Of a DNA stretch of 64,000 nt, positions 53,910 to 63,729 are shown in pieces. Source of the stretch: Ignavibacteria bacterium (GTDB lineage Bacteria; Bacteroidota; Ignavibacteria; Kapaibacteriales; UBA2268); contig JAAYTD010000031.1 in NCBI GenBank assembly GCA_012518115.1, positions 26,464 to 90,463 on the forward strand, in the 5' to 3' direction. The translations under genes were made by a program, and so were the position numbers. How positions within the stretch are numbered: position 1 is the stretch's first letter; every line of letters begins with the position of its first letter. The notes beneath the pieces were generated by a model that saw only the letters and a list, made by a program, of their open reading frames with translations, was not told where the DNA came from and did not search any database.

Positions 53910-56480
53910 TTATTTCTGAAAAGGTAAATTTAATTGCAACGTTGCACCCCAATTTCCTTTTGCATATTCGCCAACACATAACCTAGCTTCAATAGCCCAA
54001 AATGCTAAATCTGTACCGGGAATAGGAATTCTACCGATTTTTACACCTAACTCAGAATAATAACCTTTTAATGTGCTATGATATAAACTAGCTAGCGCAG
54101 TATTTCCTTTGTTGAAAAATTTACCTGTTGTGTAATTTACTGCAAACTCTAAACCTCTGCCCTTTATGCGCGGCAACCTCATTAAACGCCACAACCAATC
54201 TTTAAAATCTAACGAAAAATGATATGAAAAATACTCAGTGCCGCCTAAACCAGTTTCATAAGCCGTCATAAATGTATTTTCAACATCTGACGATAAATCT
54301 ACAAATACACTATTTGTTTTCGGTACAAACAAACTTTGTACGGGCAAATTCTTACTAGCTAGTCCGCCTGCTGCCGAAATCAAGAAAATTATATTGCCGT
54401 ACCCAGTTTCAAATATAGGAAAATTAAGTGTAGCTAATCCTAAAACATACGAAAAGCGTTCCGAAGTCTCTTCTTTTATTCCAAATTTAGAGTTTATATT
54501 TATTCTGTATTGTATATGTTCCGAAGTAGTATTATGTCTATTGCTAAAAGAAATAATAGACTTAAAAAGATTAAATCTCCCTATCTCAGGTGTAGGATTT
54601 TCTCTGAGTTCAGCTTGAGAAAAAAGACTTTTGTCTGTAGTTTTCTGCACAGCAATATCTTGCCTGCTTTCATAATCTATAGAAAAACCCAAGTTTTTAT
54701 AAGCAAAATTAAAGTTCGTTGCCCAACCGTCGCTACGAAAATAATCATATCCATCTTCATGGAAAACAGCTAAGACTAATGAATTAAAAAACAATCCCGC
54801 ATTATGAAATGGATCACCAAAAGCATTAATTTTAGAAAACATCTTAGCACCTACAGAAAACAAAGCATCACTCTCTCTTTTTCTAAAAATATTATTACTA
54901 AAATTAATCCCCAAACTACCAAAAGCTTGCTTTTGTCCGAACGAATAATATGCTTCGCCGCCTAATTGCACAAAAGAAATACCAAGATTCGGAAGAATAC
55001 CAACAAGAAAACTTTCTACTCTGTTATATCGCAAGTAAGGCAACAGAGAAAAACCTAACGAAGTTTTATCATTTCTCTGATTTGTTAATTCGGGAGAATT
55101 TACGTCAATATCAAGTTTTTTAGCAGCAGTATCTATTTCTGAATACATTTCTTTTTCCTTTTCGGTTAACGCTATCAAAGAATTTTCTTCCCAATATTCA
55201 GATTTTGTTGAATCAGCATAAGAAGCCACAACTTTATTTTCGATATTATCTTGATAAATCGTATCGGGCAGCGGTTTGTCAAGTGCTATATCACTAACAA
55301 TTGCCGTCATATTCCACTTCAATTCAATAGCAGGCAAAAGAGGAACAATTTTAGTAGAAAAATCAGCACAATTCTCCATATATGTAGGCAGCCATATATC
55401 ATTACTTACATTTTCAAATTTTTCATAATATGCTATGTTATCAAAAAAATGAATTTTAGTGTTTTCACTCAGCATAAGATTTACTTCTATAAGCTGATAA
55501 GTTCCTTCTATAATTGATATTGTACCTTGAAAAGTCGGATAAACTTTAGTATTAGGAATAACTTTTATAACATAAACATATTTATCTTCAAAGAGTTTTT
55601 TTTCAAGCAATTCAAACTTATAATGAGTCAAAGCATTATTATGCAGTGGCGTGATTATTTTAGCATCTCCGAAAGATATTTCATCTTCCGAAAAATCTAC
55701 AAATTCATCTAAAGTCAATATATTCATTGCCTTAGGGAAGTTTGCCGTTTGCCTTCTATTTACGATAACTGTTTTATCTATATTTTTCTCAATATCAATA
55801 AATCTTTGAGAAAAATTTTCCCCGATAAGACCTTGAAACAGAATAGATTGTAGCGTGTCATCTTCACTAACAAACGAAGTAAGATCCATAGTGTTTTCTA
55901 ACATAAATTTTGAATATAGCAAACATTGCATCGTTTTATATTTATTGCGGTTAGCTTCTTTCCTCGCTATAGCGCGCCTAATAACTTCATCTACATTGAT
56001 ATCGCCGATAACAACAACTTCTTTTAATTGCACAGGATCTTGATCTAAATATATTGTTGCCGTATCTTCCCGCAAATCTAAAGTTAAGACTTTTGATTTA
56101 TATCCTACTGCTGTTACTCTAATATCACTTTTATTTACAAAGTAGCGTTTAGGAAGACGAAATTTACCATTTTTTAAACAAATTGTACCACGATTTATAC
56201 CAACTATTCTAACCGTCGCAGAAGGTACAGGTTTTTTAGTTTCTTTATCAAGAACGACCCCGCTTACAAATTGCCTCTTTTCTACATTATTTAACTCTGG
56301 AACTTCTTCTTCGGAAAGCGTAGCTATAGCTACATCTTGAAATGCTGTTTTTTCATAAGATAGAAAAGTATTTTTAGCATTTAGATTGTAAAAACATAAA
56401 AAAATACTAGCTAGCAAAAAAACATATTTTTTTGTATTCTGTTGAAAGTAATTCATATCATAGTTGATAAATGATTTCAT
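53910..56480 (-). CDS. CarboxypepD_reg-domain outer-membrane protein (DUF5686-like)
   Basis: Signal peptide. VSGVVLDKETKKPVPSATVRIVGINRGTICLKNGKFRL (carboxypeptidase-regulatory-like fold), then a large beta-rich body ending in LNLPFQK. Confidence 0.5.
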   Translation of the reverse strand: MKSFINYDMNYFQQNTKKYVFLLASIFLCFYNLNAKNTFLSYEKTAFQDVAIATLSEEEVPELNNVEKRQFVSGVVLDKETKKPVPSATVRIVGINRGTICLKNGKFRLPKRYFVNKSDIRVTAVGYKSKVLTLDLREDTATIYLDQDPVQLKEVVVIGDINVDEVIRRAIARKEANRNKYKTMQCLLYSKFMLENTMDLTSFVSEDDTLQSILFQGLIGENFSQRFIDIEKNIDKTVIVNRRQTANFPKAMNILTLDEFVDFSEDEISFGDAKIITPLHNNALTHYKFELLEKKLFEDKYVYVIKVIPNTKVYPTFQGTISIIEGTYQLIEVNLMLSENTKIHFFDNIAYYEKFENVSNDIWLPTYMENCADFSTKIVPLLPAIELKWNMTAIVSDIALDKPLPDTIYQDNIENKVVASYADSTKSEYWEENSLIALTEKEKEMYSEIDTAAKKLDIDVNSPELTNQRNDKTSLGFSLLPYLRYNRVESFLVGILPNLGISFVQLGGEAYYSFGQKQAFGSLGINFSNNIFRKRESDALFSVGAKMFSKINAFGDPFHNAGLFFNSLVLAVFHEDGYDYFRSDGWATNFNFAYKNLGFSIDYESRQDIAVQKTTDKSLFSQAELRENPTPEIGRFNLFKSIISFSNRHNTTSEHIQYRININSKFGIKEETSERFSYVLGLATLNFPIFETGYGNIIFLISAAGGLASKNLPVQSLFVPKTNSVFVDLSSDVENTFMTAYETGLGGTEYFSYHFSLDFKDWLWRLMRLPRIKGRGLEFAVNYTTGKFFNKGNTALASLYHSTLKGYYSELGVKIGRIPIPGTDLAFWAIEARLCVGEYAKGNWGATLQLNLPFQK

Positions 56481-56633
56481 ATAAAACCTAAGTTTTGTTT
56501 TTTCGTAATTTTTTAATATAGATAAAAATCATTAAAATTTTGTAGAATATTTTTTAACTTATTCAAGAAATTGATAAATCTATATTCTACCAAAATATTT
56601 ATTTTGTTTTTTAAATTATTCCATACGAAATTC

Positions 56634-58880
56634 ATGTTGAAAAGATTTTTTTTACTTTTCTTTTTAATACAATGCACTTTAGAAGCTTCTGGAATTAACG
56701 GAATTATCAAAGACAATAAATCAGATGAACCGTTAGTAAATGCAACTGTTTACTTAGAAGGCACAAAAATAGGTACAAAAACAAACAAGAAAGGCTACTA
56801 TTCAATACAAGGAATAAAAAAAGGTAAATACACCGTTCGTATAACTTATTTAGGATATGCAACTTACAGAGAAGAAATAGTCATTGACAACAAAGACATA
56901 CGCTTAGATGTTTCTTTAGAACCCGAAGCTATAAAAACTGAAGCGGTTGAAGTTGTATCTAACCGTGAAGTTCTGCAACGAGAAATAAAAATTTCCTCTG
57001 TTAATGTTCCCGTCTCACAAATCAAAGATATTCGCATTGGCGGAGAATCAGACGTGTTTCGCACTCTGCAATTTTTGCCCGGCGTACTTACTTCATCGCA
57101 AATCTCAAGTGGTTTGTTTGTACGCGGCGGTTCCCCTGACCAAAATTTAGTACTTTTAGATGGAAATACTGTTTATAATCCGTCGCATTTATTTGGTTTT
57201 TTCTCAACTTTTAACACAAACGCTATAAAAGATGTTGAATTTATTAAAGGCGGGTTTGAAGCTGAATATGGCGGTAGACTAGCTTCTGTTTTAACCATCA
57301 CACAAAAAGACGGCAATAAGAATGATTATCACGGCAGTTTAAGTTTAGGATTAATTTCTTCACAAGCTAATTTTGAAGGACCGCTTGGTAATGGTTCGTT
57401 TTTCATTTCAGGTAGGCGTACTTATCTTGATTTCATTCTATCAATAATTCCTCAAGATGAAAAAAATCCTTTTCCTAGCTTTTATTTTTATGATTTAAAT
57501 GCAAAAATAGTTCAAGACATAGGAGAAAACGATAAGATTTCTATAATAGGATTTTTAGGACGCGATGTTTTAAGTCAAAAAAGTAATTCTAGTGCTATCA
57601 ATATGAACACAGGAAATTCATTAGTTGCAGCTAGTTGGTCGCATATTTTTTCAAATAATTTATTTTCTGATTTCAATGTACATTACAGCGAATATAAAAA
57701 TAATTTTAATGGCGGCGAATCAAGCTATGAAATGAAAATGGATAATAAAATAAAAGATTTGAGTGCGAAATATAATGTAGAGTTATTTATAAAAAACAAC
57801 GCATCGGCGAAATTCGGTTTTGAAGTTTCCAAACTTAATTTTGATTACCTGCTTAATTTTACGGGTGATACCGATACAACAATAAATGAAGGACATTTAA
57901 GTTCAACAAATTTAACAATTCCCGATATGAATTATGCTTTGTTTTCACAAACGAAATTTAATATCACAGAAAAATTATCTACGCAAGCAGGAATAAGAGC
58001 TAATTATTTCCAACTCAATAATTCTTTAAAAATTGATCCGCGACTAGCGCTACGTTATATGCTTAAGGAAAATATTTGGTTGAAAGCAGCTTGGGGAATA
58101 TATCATCAAAATTTACGCATTGCAACATTGCAAACTTTTAATATTATTGATACTTGGCTTCCTTCAGATACAACTGTTCCTATATCTAAAGCAAATCATT
58201 ATATTTTTAGCATTGAAACGCAACCAGCAAATAATCTAAATCTAAATTTTGATTTCTACTACAAAACTATGAACAACATAGGCGAGCTGAATATGTTCAC
58301 CTTAAAATCTTCGGTCGTTTCCGACGTTCTTTTTATTGGTAATGCAAAATCTTATGGAGCAGAGGTGTTTTTACAAAAAAGCATTGGAAAACTAACAGGT
58401 TGGTTGGGTTATGCTTTTAGTTTTGTTGAAATGAATTTTGACAGCATAAACGGCGGAAGAACTTTTAATCCTAAATACGACAGAAGACACGATTTCAAAA
58501 TTGTTGCTCAATATGCTTTTAATAAAAATTGGAATATAGGTGCATCTTTTACTCTGCAAAGCGGGCAACCTTATACAGGTTATCAATCACGAGGAAAACT
58601 ATTTTTACCGGGAATGAACTATGGAACTAACAAACTAACTAGCTCCGAACGATACGGGTTAAGACTTCCAGCTTCACACCAACTTAATCTATCAGCAACT
58701 TATAATTTCAAATTTTTCAAACAAGATGCTAATTTAACTTTAGATATATTTAATGTTTACAATAGAAGAGATATACTAATGCGAGTTTACAATATGTATG
58801 AAAAAGAAAATCAAACTATTGTAGAAGATTTTCGTTTGTTACCGATTATTCCGACACTTTCTTTTGAAATAAAATTTTAA
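56634..58880 (+). CDS. TonB-dependent receptor with N-terminal CarboxypepD_reg domain
   Basis: I prefer the start at Met22 of the track ORF (MLKRFFLLFFLIQCTLEASG). Plug motifs DVFRTLQFLPGV and GGSPDQNLVLLDGNTVYNPSHLFGFFSTFN. The barrel ends in LSFEIKF. Confidence 0.85.
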   Translation: MLKRFFLLFFLIQCTLEASGINGIIKDNKSDEPLVNATVYLEGTKIGTKTNKKGYYSIQGIKKGKYTVRITYLGYATYREEIVIDNKDIRLDVSLEPEAIKTEAVEVVSNREVLQREIKISSVNVPVSQIKDIRIGGESDVFRTLQFLPGVLTSSQISSGLFVRGGSPDQNLVLLDGNTVYNPSHLFGFFSTFNTNAIKDVEFIKGGFEAEYGGRLASVLTITQKDGNKNDYHGSLSLGLISSQANFEGPLGNGSFFISGRRTYLDFILSIIPQDEKNPFPSFYFYDLNAKIVQDIGENDKISIIGFLGRDVLSQKSNSSAINMNTGNSLVAASWSHIFSNNLFSDFNVHYSEYKNNFNGGESSYEMKMDNKIKDLSAKYNVELFIKNNASAKFGFEVSKLNFDYLLNFTGDTDTTINEGHLSSTNLTIPDMNYALFSQTKFNITEKLSTQAGIRANYFQLNNSLKIDPRLALRYMLKENIWLKAAWGIYHQNLRIATLQTFNIIDTWLPSDTTVPISKANHYIFSIETQPANNLNLNFDFYYKTMNNIGELNMFTLKSSVVSDVLFIGNAKSYGAEVFLQKSIGKLTGWLGYAFSFVEMNFDSINGGRTFNPKYDRRHDFKIVAQYAFNKNWNIGASFTLQSGQPYTGYQSRGKLFLPGMNYGTNKLTSSERYGLRLPASHQLNLSATYNFKFFKQDANLTLDIFNVYNRRDILMRVYNMYEKENQTIVEDFRLLPIIPTLSFEIKF

Positions 58881-58887
58881 TATAAAT

Positions 58888-59751
58888 ATGAAAAAAATAT
58901 TATTCTTGTGTGCTTTTATTTTTCTTATCTCTTGCGAAGATCCTGTACCTCAAGACTACAAACCGAGTAACGTAGTTGAAGCCTTACTTATTGTGAACGA
59001 ACCGATAAAAAATATTCGTATCACGAAAACACAATCACTTTTTGATGAATATAAATACGAAAATGCTATTATTTCTGATGCTAAGGTGATTATTTTTGAA
59101 AATGATAGAGAACTTGAGCTCCAATTCAAAAAGAGCGAAAAAGAGGAAGAAACAGGTTATTTTTATTCGGACACAAATTATTTAGTAAAGAAAAACACTA
59201 ATTATAAATTAAAAATTGTTTTTCCTGACGGTCAAATCGCAACAGGAGAAACAACAACACCTGATACGATATATTGGAAAAGATCTATTCAGAAATATAT
59301 GCAATATCCAAAAGATACAATAAATCTTCCGCCTGGGGATTCTTTGGAATGGGCAGGCAAACTTCCACAAAGCGTCTTTTATTATTTTCTTACAATTTCT
59401 TGTTTAGATACTTTGAATTATGGAACTTACTTAAATCCCCCAACTAATGAACTTAACCGTAGAACATATTCTATAATACGAGACGACAATTCTTATAGAG
59501 AAAGAACATCATTTATAACAATTCCCAGCACAAAAACACCTCTTGTTTGGAGTTTTTTAAAATGGTTTGGTTTGCATAGCTTAAATGTATGGTTGCCCGA
59601 CAATAATTATCAATTATGGGCGTTACAAGTACTTATGACAAACAAATTTGATGAAAGATTTTGTAGCGTGAAAGGCGAAAATACTTTTGGCTTTTTTGGT
59701 TCTGCTTCTGTGATACGCGATACAAGTGTAGTCTTGAAAAATCAGCCGTAA
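58888..59751 (+). CDS. DUF4249-like lipoprotein (usual partner of this TonB-receptor subtype)
   Basis: Lipobox FLISCEDP. Size and position immediately after the receptor. Confidence 0.55.
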   Translation: MKKILFLCAFIFLISCEDPVPQDYKPSNVVEALLIVNEPIKNIRITKTQSLFDEYKYENAIISDAKVIIFENDRELELQFKKSEKEEETGYFYSDTNYLVKKNTNYKLKIVFPDGQIATGETTTPDTIYWKRSIQKYMQYPKDTINLPPGDSLEWAGKLPQSVFYYFLTISCLDTLNYGTYLNPPTNELNRRTYSIIRDDNSYRERTSFITIPSTKTPLVWSFLKWFGLHSLNVWLPDNNYQLWALQVLMTNKFDERFCSVKGENTFGFFGSASVIRDTSVVLKNQP

Positions 59752-59980
59752 AAAACAACTTTTCTGTAGTACAACATAGTAAAAACGAAAAAACTTATAT
59801 TGTAAAAATCTCTATTTTTGTTATTTTAAAACTTTTTTGCACTTTTTCAAATATTTCCTTTTTTATTTATAAAAAAATTATTAATTTACAAACAATTGAA
59901 TTTGATTTGTTTTTTTGTTTGATAATTTTTTTAGGCAAAAACAAGTAACATTTTTATTAATAAATTTATATTAAATAATT

Positions 59981-61321
59981 ATGAAAAAATTTACTTTATT
60001 AATACTTGTTATTCTCTTTTATTCATATACAAGTATAGCACAATGGGAAATGGTAAGCGCAGGTACAGGACACGGCATCAACAAAATTGTATTTTTTGAT
60101 GAAAATACTGTTTTTTTGGTAGGTAATGGCATTCTGAATACTGTCGAAAAAACGATGACCAAATATGATTTTTCGTCACAAAAATCTTCAACTATTCAAA
60201 TTTCTGATGAAATACCTTCTACAGCACAGTATTCTTCCATTGATATTCTATCAAACAAAGATATTATATTTTGTTCCAAAACAGAAGGTGGCACAGGTGA
60301 ATCACAATTATTTATTTCAAAAGACAATGGCGAAACTTGGAATTTTTTAACAAAATTTTCCGGTGAAACATCATTAGCAGCTAATGGACTAAAATTTTTT
60401 GACGAAGAACTTGGGTTTGCTGTTGGACTGACAAAAACAACAGCAAAGATATTAAAGACACAAGACGGTGGGAAAAACTGGGAAGTTGTTTATGATGATA
60501 ATGACACTAAAAGTAAAGCACCAGGAGGAAATAAAGGAAATTTAAGTTCAATTGTTTTTATAGATAAAGAAACGATTTTAGTAGGTGGCTCAAACGGTCT
60601 TTTACTTAGAAGTGAAGATTGTGGAAAAAGCTGGTCTGAAGAATATATAATTGATGATCCTCTCTACGGCATGAACTTGTTTATAGATGAGATATTAAAA
60701 ATGTCTGACAACACTTTAATTGCCAAAGGAGCTTTTGCTAAACAACTTTATATTTCAAAAGATAAAGGAAAAAATTGGGAGAAAATTAATTTTGGAGAAC
60801 ATTCATCAAAATTTCTCTATGGTGGTGTCGGTTCTATAAGTACTACGCAAGATAACTACATTTATTTTACTACTCAGGCAACAGGAAATACAAGTTTTTT
60901 ACTATGCTCAAAGGATTTTGGTAAAACTTGGGATAAGATTTATGAAGACAGTGGTTTATTTATAGATATTGAAATAAATAATAATTTAGCAGTAATCGGA
61001 TACTTTGATTCTGATGAAATTATTTTTAATCGTAATTTCAAATCTATTAAATTACTTACAAAAATACAAACTTCACTTTATCCAAATCCAGCAAATTCAG
61101 TTTGTACGATAAGCGGATTTTTAGAGACGTTAGCTAAGGATTTCAGTATTTCAATTTATGATATTGCGGGAAACAAATTATTTGACATTTATAACGACAA
61201 AAATTTAGAAGGCGAATTTTCTGTTCCATTTAACACTAAACAGCTAGTTAGTGGAAGTTATAATGTTATTATCAACGCTGATGGAGCAAAAAAAGTAGAA
61301 AAACTAATAATTGAGAGATAG
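59981..61321 (+). CDS. Secreted BNR/Ycf48-like beta-propeller protein with T9SS C-terminal domain
   Basis: Repeated S/T-x-D-x-G-x-x-W motifs (SKDNGETW, TQDGGKNW, SEDCGKSW, SKDKGKNW, SKDFGKTW). C-terminus LYPNPANSVCTISGF...SISIYDIAGNKL...GSYNVIINADGAKKVEKLIIER. Confidence 0.75.
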   Translation: MKKFTLLILVILFYSYTSIAQWEMVSAGTGHGINKIVFFDENTVFLVGNGILNTVEKTMTKYDFSSQKSSTIQISDEIPSTAQYSSIDILSNKDIIFCSKTEGGTGESQLFISKDNGETWNFLTKFSGETSLAANGLKFFDEELGFAVGLTKTTAKILKTQDGGKNWEVVYDDNDTKSKAPGGNKGNLSSIVFIDKETILVGGSNGLLLRSEDCGKSWSEEYIIDDPLYGMNLFIDEILKMSDNTLIAKGAFAKQLYISKDKGKNWEKINFGEHSSKFLYGGVGSISTTQDNYIYFTTQATGNTSFLLCSKDFGKTWDKIYEDSGLFIDIEINNNLAVIGYFDSDEIIFNRNFKSIKLLTKIQTSLYPNPANSVCTISGFLETLAKDFSISIYDIAGNKLFDIYNDKNLEGEFSVPFNTKQLVSGSYNVIINADGAKKVEKLIIER

Positions 61322-61342
61322 CAAAAAAGTATAGAAACAAAA

Positions 61343-61376
61343 GGCACGTTAATTGAAATAACGTGTCTTTTTTTTG
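61343..61376 (+). terminator. Rho-independent terminator
   Basis: GCACGTT-aattgaaat-AACGTGTC stem followed by a T8 run, 22 nt after the stop codon. Confidence 0.7.
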
Positions 61377-61378
61377 TA

Positions 61379-61770
61379 TTTTGTCTGAACTGTGATTTAT
61401 ATGATTAGTATGATTAGTATGATTAGTATGATTTTTAAAATTATACTTGCCTGAAGGTCGGACTGCAAATTCCCCTTCGGCACGAAGGGGTGGCAAGCGC
61501 TAGCTTGACGGGGTAGTTTTTGTCTGAACCGAGATTAACAAGATTAAAGGATTAGCAGGATTGTGCCGTAGGCACAAAATTTCGGTAAAAGAAATGTAAT
61601 CTTACTCATCTCGTCCCGTACGGGACGAAACATAAGCAAGTATAAGTTTTTACCGATATTTAATCCCTACAGGATTTTTAAGGATATATTCCATAACCAC
61701 ACCTCCCCTGCTTCGCAGGTACTCCTCTCAAAGAGGAGAATTTAACAACAAACCACGAAGGAAAATTTTA
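61379..61770 (-). repeat. Largest mosaic GC-rich hairpin repeat locus (about 390 bp, at least seven stem-loops, two units each ending in 9-bp sub-repeats + TTCAGACAAAA)
   Basis: Hairpins: CCCCTTCG-GCA-CGAAGGGG (61472-61490), TTGTGCC-GTA-GGCACAA (61561-61577), TCGTCCCGTACGGGACGA (61611-61628), AATCC-CTACA-GGATT (61662-61676), CCTGC-TTC-GCAGG (61707-61719), CTCCTCT-CAA-AGAGGAG (61722-61738). 61379-61517 is the inverted twin of 53726-53854. Confidence 0.85.
61394..61437. repeat. 9-bp tandem sub-repeat (GATTTATAT GATTAGTAT x3 GATTTTTA)
   Basis: Read directly from the sequence. The twin copy at 53808-53842 has one fewer unit and more divergence. Confidence 0.9.
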
Positions 61771-61777
61771 AATTATA

Positions 61778-62899
61778 TTATTTATCTACTTCATCTATTG
61801 TGCTTTGCTTATAAAACACATATTGCCCTGTTTTTAATTGATAAATATATGCTAATACTTGCGCTACTGTTTTGAACAATGTTTCAGGAATTTCTTGATC
61901 AACTTCAACAAGTTTAAACAATGTTCTAGCTAGTGGTGGATCTTCTACAATAGGGATATTATTTTCATTTGCAACATCTTTAATTTTCATCGCAAGAAAA
62001 TCTACTCCTTTTGCAACCACAATTGGAGCGTTATGTTCGCCTTGTTTATACATTAAAGCAACAGCAAAGTGAGTAGGGTTAGTTATCACAACATCAGCTT
62101 TATTAACATTTTGTATCATTTTTTGACGCAACATATTTCGTCCTAAAGCGCGTAGCCGCGATTTCACGTGTTGATCACCTTCAAGTTGCTTCATCTCTTC
62201 TTTCAATTCTTGCTTAGTCATTTTCATATCTTGCTTAAATTTCCATTTTTGGAAAATAAAATCAGCAACAGCAATGACAATATATAACCCTGCAACTTTC
62301 AATATAATTTCTAATGCCATACTTGTCATTAGATTTGTTACTTCAAAAAAAGGTTTCTCGCTAATAGTAGATATCTCATCAATATGACTTTTAATAACAA
62401 AGAACGATACGCCACCTAATAAAAGAATTTTGAGAATACCTTTAATCAGTTCTACAACTGAATGAGCTGAAAAGAAAACTCGTTTCAAACCAGATAGCAA
62501 CTTAAATGGTTTTGATAAACTTTGCGGATCTGTAAATCTTTTCAACGATAATTTTAATCCAACTTGTGAAATTTCACCAATTAAGACGATAGCTACTACA
62601 ACCAACATAATTGGCAAAAGGAGCTCTCCTAAAAATATAATCAGCTCTTTTATGTATCTAATAAGATTCGTTTCTGTAAAACTAAATTGTGCCGAAGTAC
62701 TTAAAGAATTTGCAAGAAAAGCTTGGAATTTTCTGACAAGAGGCGAACCTAAAGCAAACACAGAAAGCCCACCAAGAAACAGAACTCCTGCAGTAGTCAT
62801 ATCTTGACTTTTTGAAACTTGTCCTTTTTCTCTCGCATCGGCAAGCCGTTTGGCGGTTGGTTCTTCGGTTTTTTCTTGTCCGTCTTTATTCTCTGCCAT
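61778..62899 (-). CDS. flhB: Flagellar type III export switch protein FlhB
   Basis: N-terminal EKTEEPTAKRLADAREKGQVSKS, four TM segments, NPTH autocleavage site in VVITNPTHFAVAL. Confidence 0.9.
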   Translation of the reverse strand: MAENKDGQEKTEEPTAKRLADAREKGQVSKSQDMTTAGVLFLGGLSVFALGSPLVRKFQAFLANSLSTSAQFSFTETNLIRYIKELIIFLGELLLPIMLVVVAIVLIGEISQVGLKLSLKRFTDPQSLSKPFKLLSGLKRVFFSAHSVVELIKGILKILLLGGVSFFVIKSHIDEISTISEKPFFEVTNLMTSMALEIILKVAGLYIVIAVADFIFQKWKFKQDMKMTKQELKEEMKQLEGDQHVKSRLRALGRNMLRQKMIQNVNKADVVITNPTHFAVALMYKQGEHNAPIVVAKGVDFLAMKIKDVANENNIPIVEDPPLARTLFKLVEVDQEIPETLFKTVAQVLAYIYQLKTGQYVFYKQSTIDEVDK

Positions 62900-62910
62900 C
62901 TCTTATGTTT

Positions 62911-63711
62911 TTAATTAGCTAATGCGGGGTTAAAAGTCAGTAATAATTTTGTAATTTCTATCTCCATAATGTTAAGCGCTTGTTTGCTAACAACTCCTAC
63001 AATTGGAACAGCCACAAATAAAATCAACAACCCAACAGCGATTTTTACTTGGAAGCTCAACATAAAAATATTCATTTGCGGTGCAACTCTAGCAAGCATT
63101 GTCAAAGCTAAGTTCATATTAAAAAGAGTAATTAGAACTGGAGCTGCCATTTTCAAACCAAGCATCATAAACGAGGAAACTATAAGAAACAACATTTTTA
63201 ATGTTGATTCTGTCATTAAAAATGTTGTCAGCGGAACAGCTTTTATACTTAAAACTAATGTTTCTATAACAAAATGATGACCTTGCATATATAAAAAAAT
63301 CATCATAGCTGATAAAGCATAAAATTCACCAACTAAAGTTGGAGCCCCTGCTTCTTGGTCAAACATTAAACTCGCTTGATAGCCCATATCCATATCCGTT
63401 ATTCCGCCACCAAAGCGCGCAGCCCAATAAACAATATTTGTTGCAAACCCAAGAATAGCACCTATTAAAAACTCCTTGAATAATAAGAAAAACATATTGA
63501 GAATATTAAAATCAATATGCGGAGCATCTGCAAAACAAGTAGGCGCTAGTATCATAGTGATAATTAGTATCAACATAATTTTAACAGGAATAGGAATTGC
63601 TAAATTACCGTAAAAATGTCCAGCAGTAAAAATACCTGAAATTCGTGCTAAAACAAGAATACCAATAATCAATTTTTCTTGTGTTAATTGTAAAAAAGCC
63701 GTATCAAACAC
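62911..63711 (-). CDS. fliR: Flagellar export apparatus protein FliR
   Basis: 266-aa polytopic protein positioned between fliQ and flhB. Contains the typical GFATNIVYWAARFGGGITDMDMG segment. Confidence 0.8.
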   Translation of the reverse strand: MFDTAFLQLTQEKLIIGILVLARISGIFTAGHFYGNLAIPIPVKIMLILIITMILAPTCFADAPHIDFNILNMFFLLFKEFLIGAILGFATNIVYWAARFGGGITDMDMGYQASLMFDQEAGAPTLVGEFYALSAMMIFLYMQGHHFVIETLVLSIKAVPLTTFLMTESTLKMLFLIVSSFMMLGLKMAAPVLITLFNMNLALTMLARVAPQMNIFMLSFQVKIAVGLLILFVAVPIVGVVSKQALNIMEIEITKLLLTFNPALAN

Positions 63712-63729
63712 TTCTATATTCTCTCTATT

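Noticed and set aside
61272-61496. 74-aa ORF containing HTNHTNHTNH
   Set aside because: The peptide repeat is just the translation of the 9-bp tandem DNA repeat and the hairpin modules. It overlaps the 3-prime end of the upstream gene in antisense and has no start context.
53726-61517. Composite transposon or IS-bounded element
   Set aside because: No transposase, integrase or recombinase ORF lies inside or beside the segment. The repeat units have no terminal inverted repeats and no obvious target-site duplication. I kept it only as an inversion/cassette hypothesis.
61394-61568. Possible CRISPR array or minisatellite-encoded peptide
   Set aside because: The units are only 9 bp, directly tandem without spacers, and no cas genes are present. 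This is not CRISPR.
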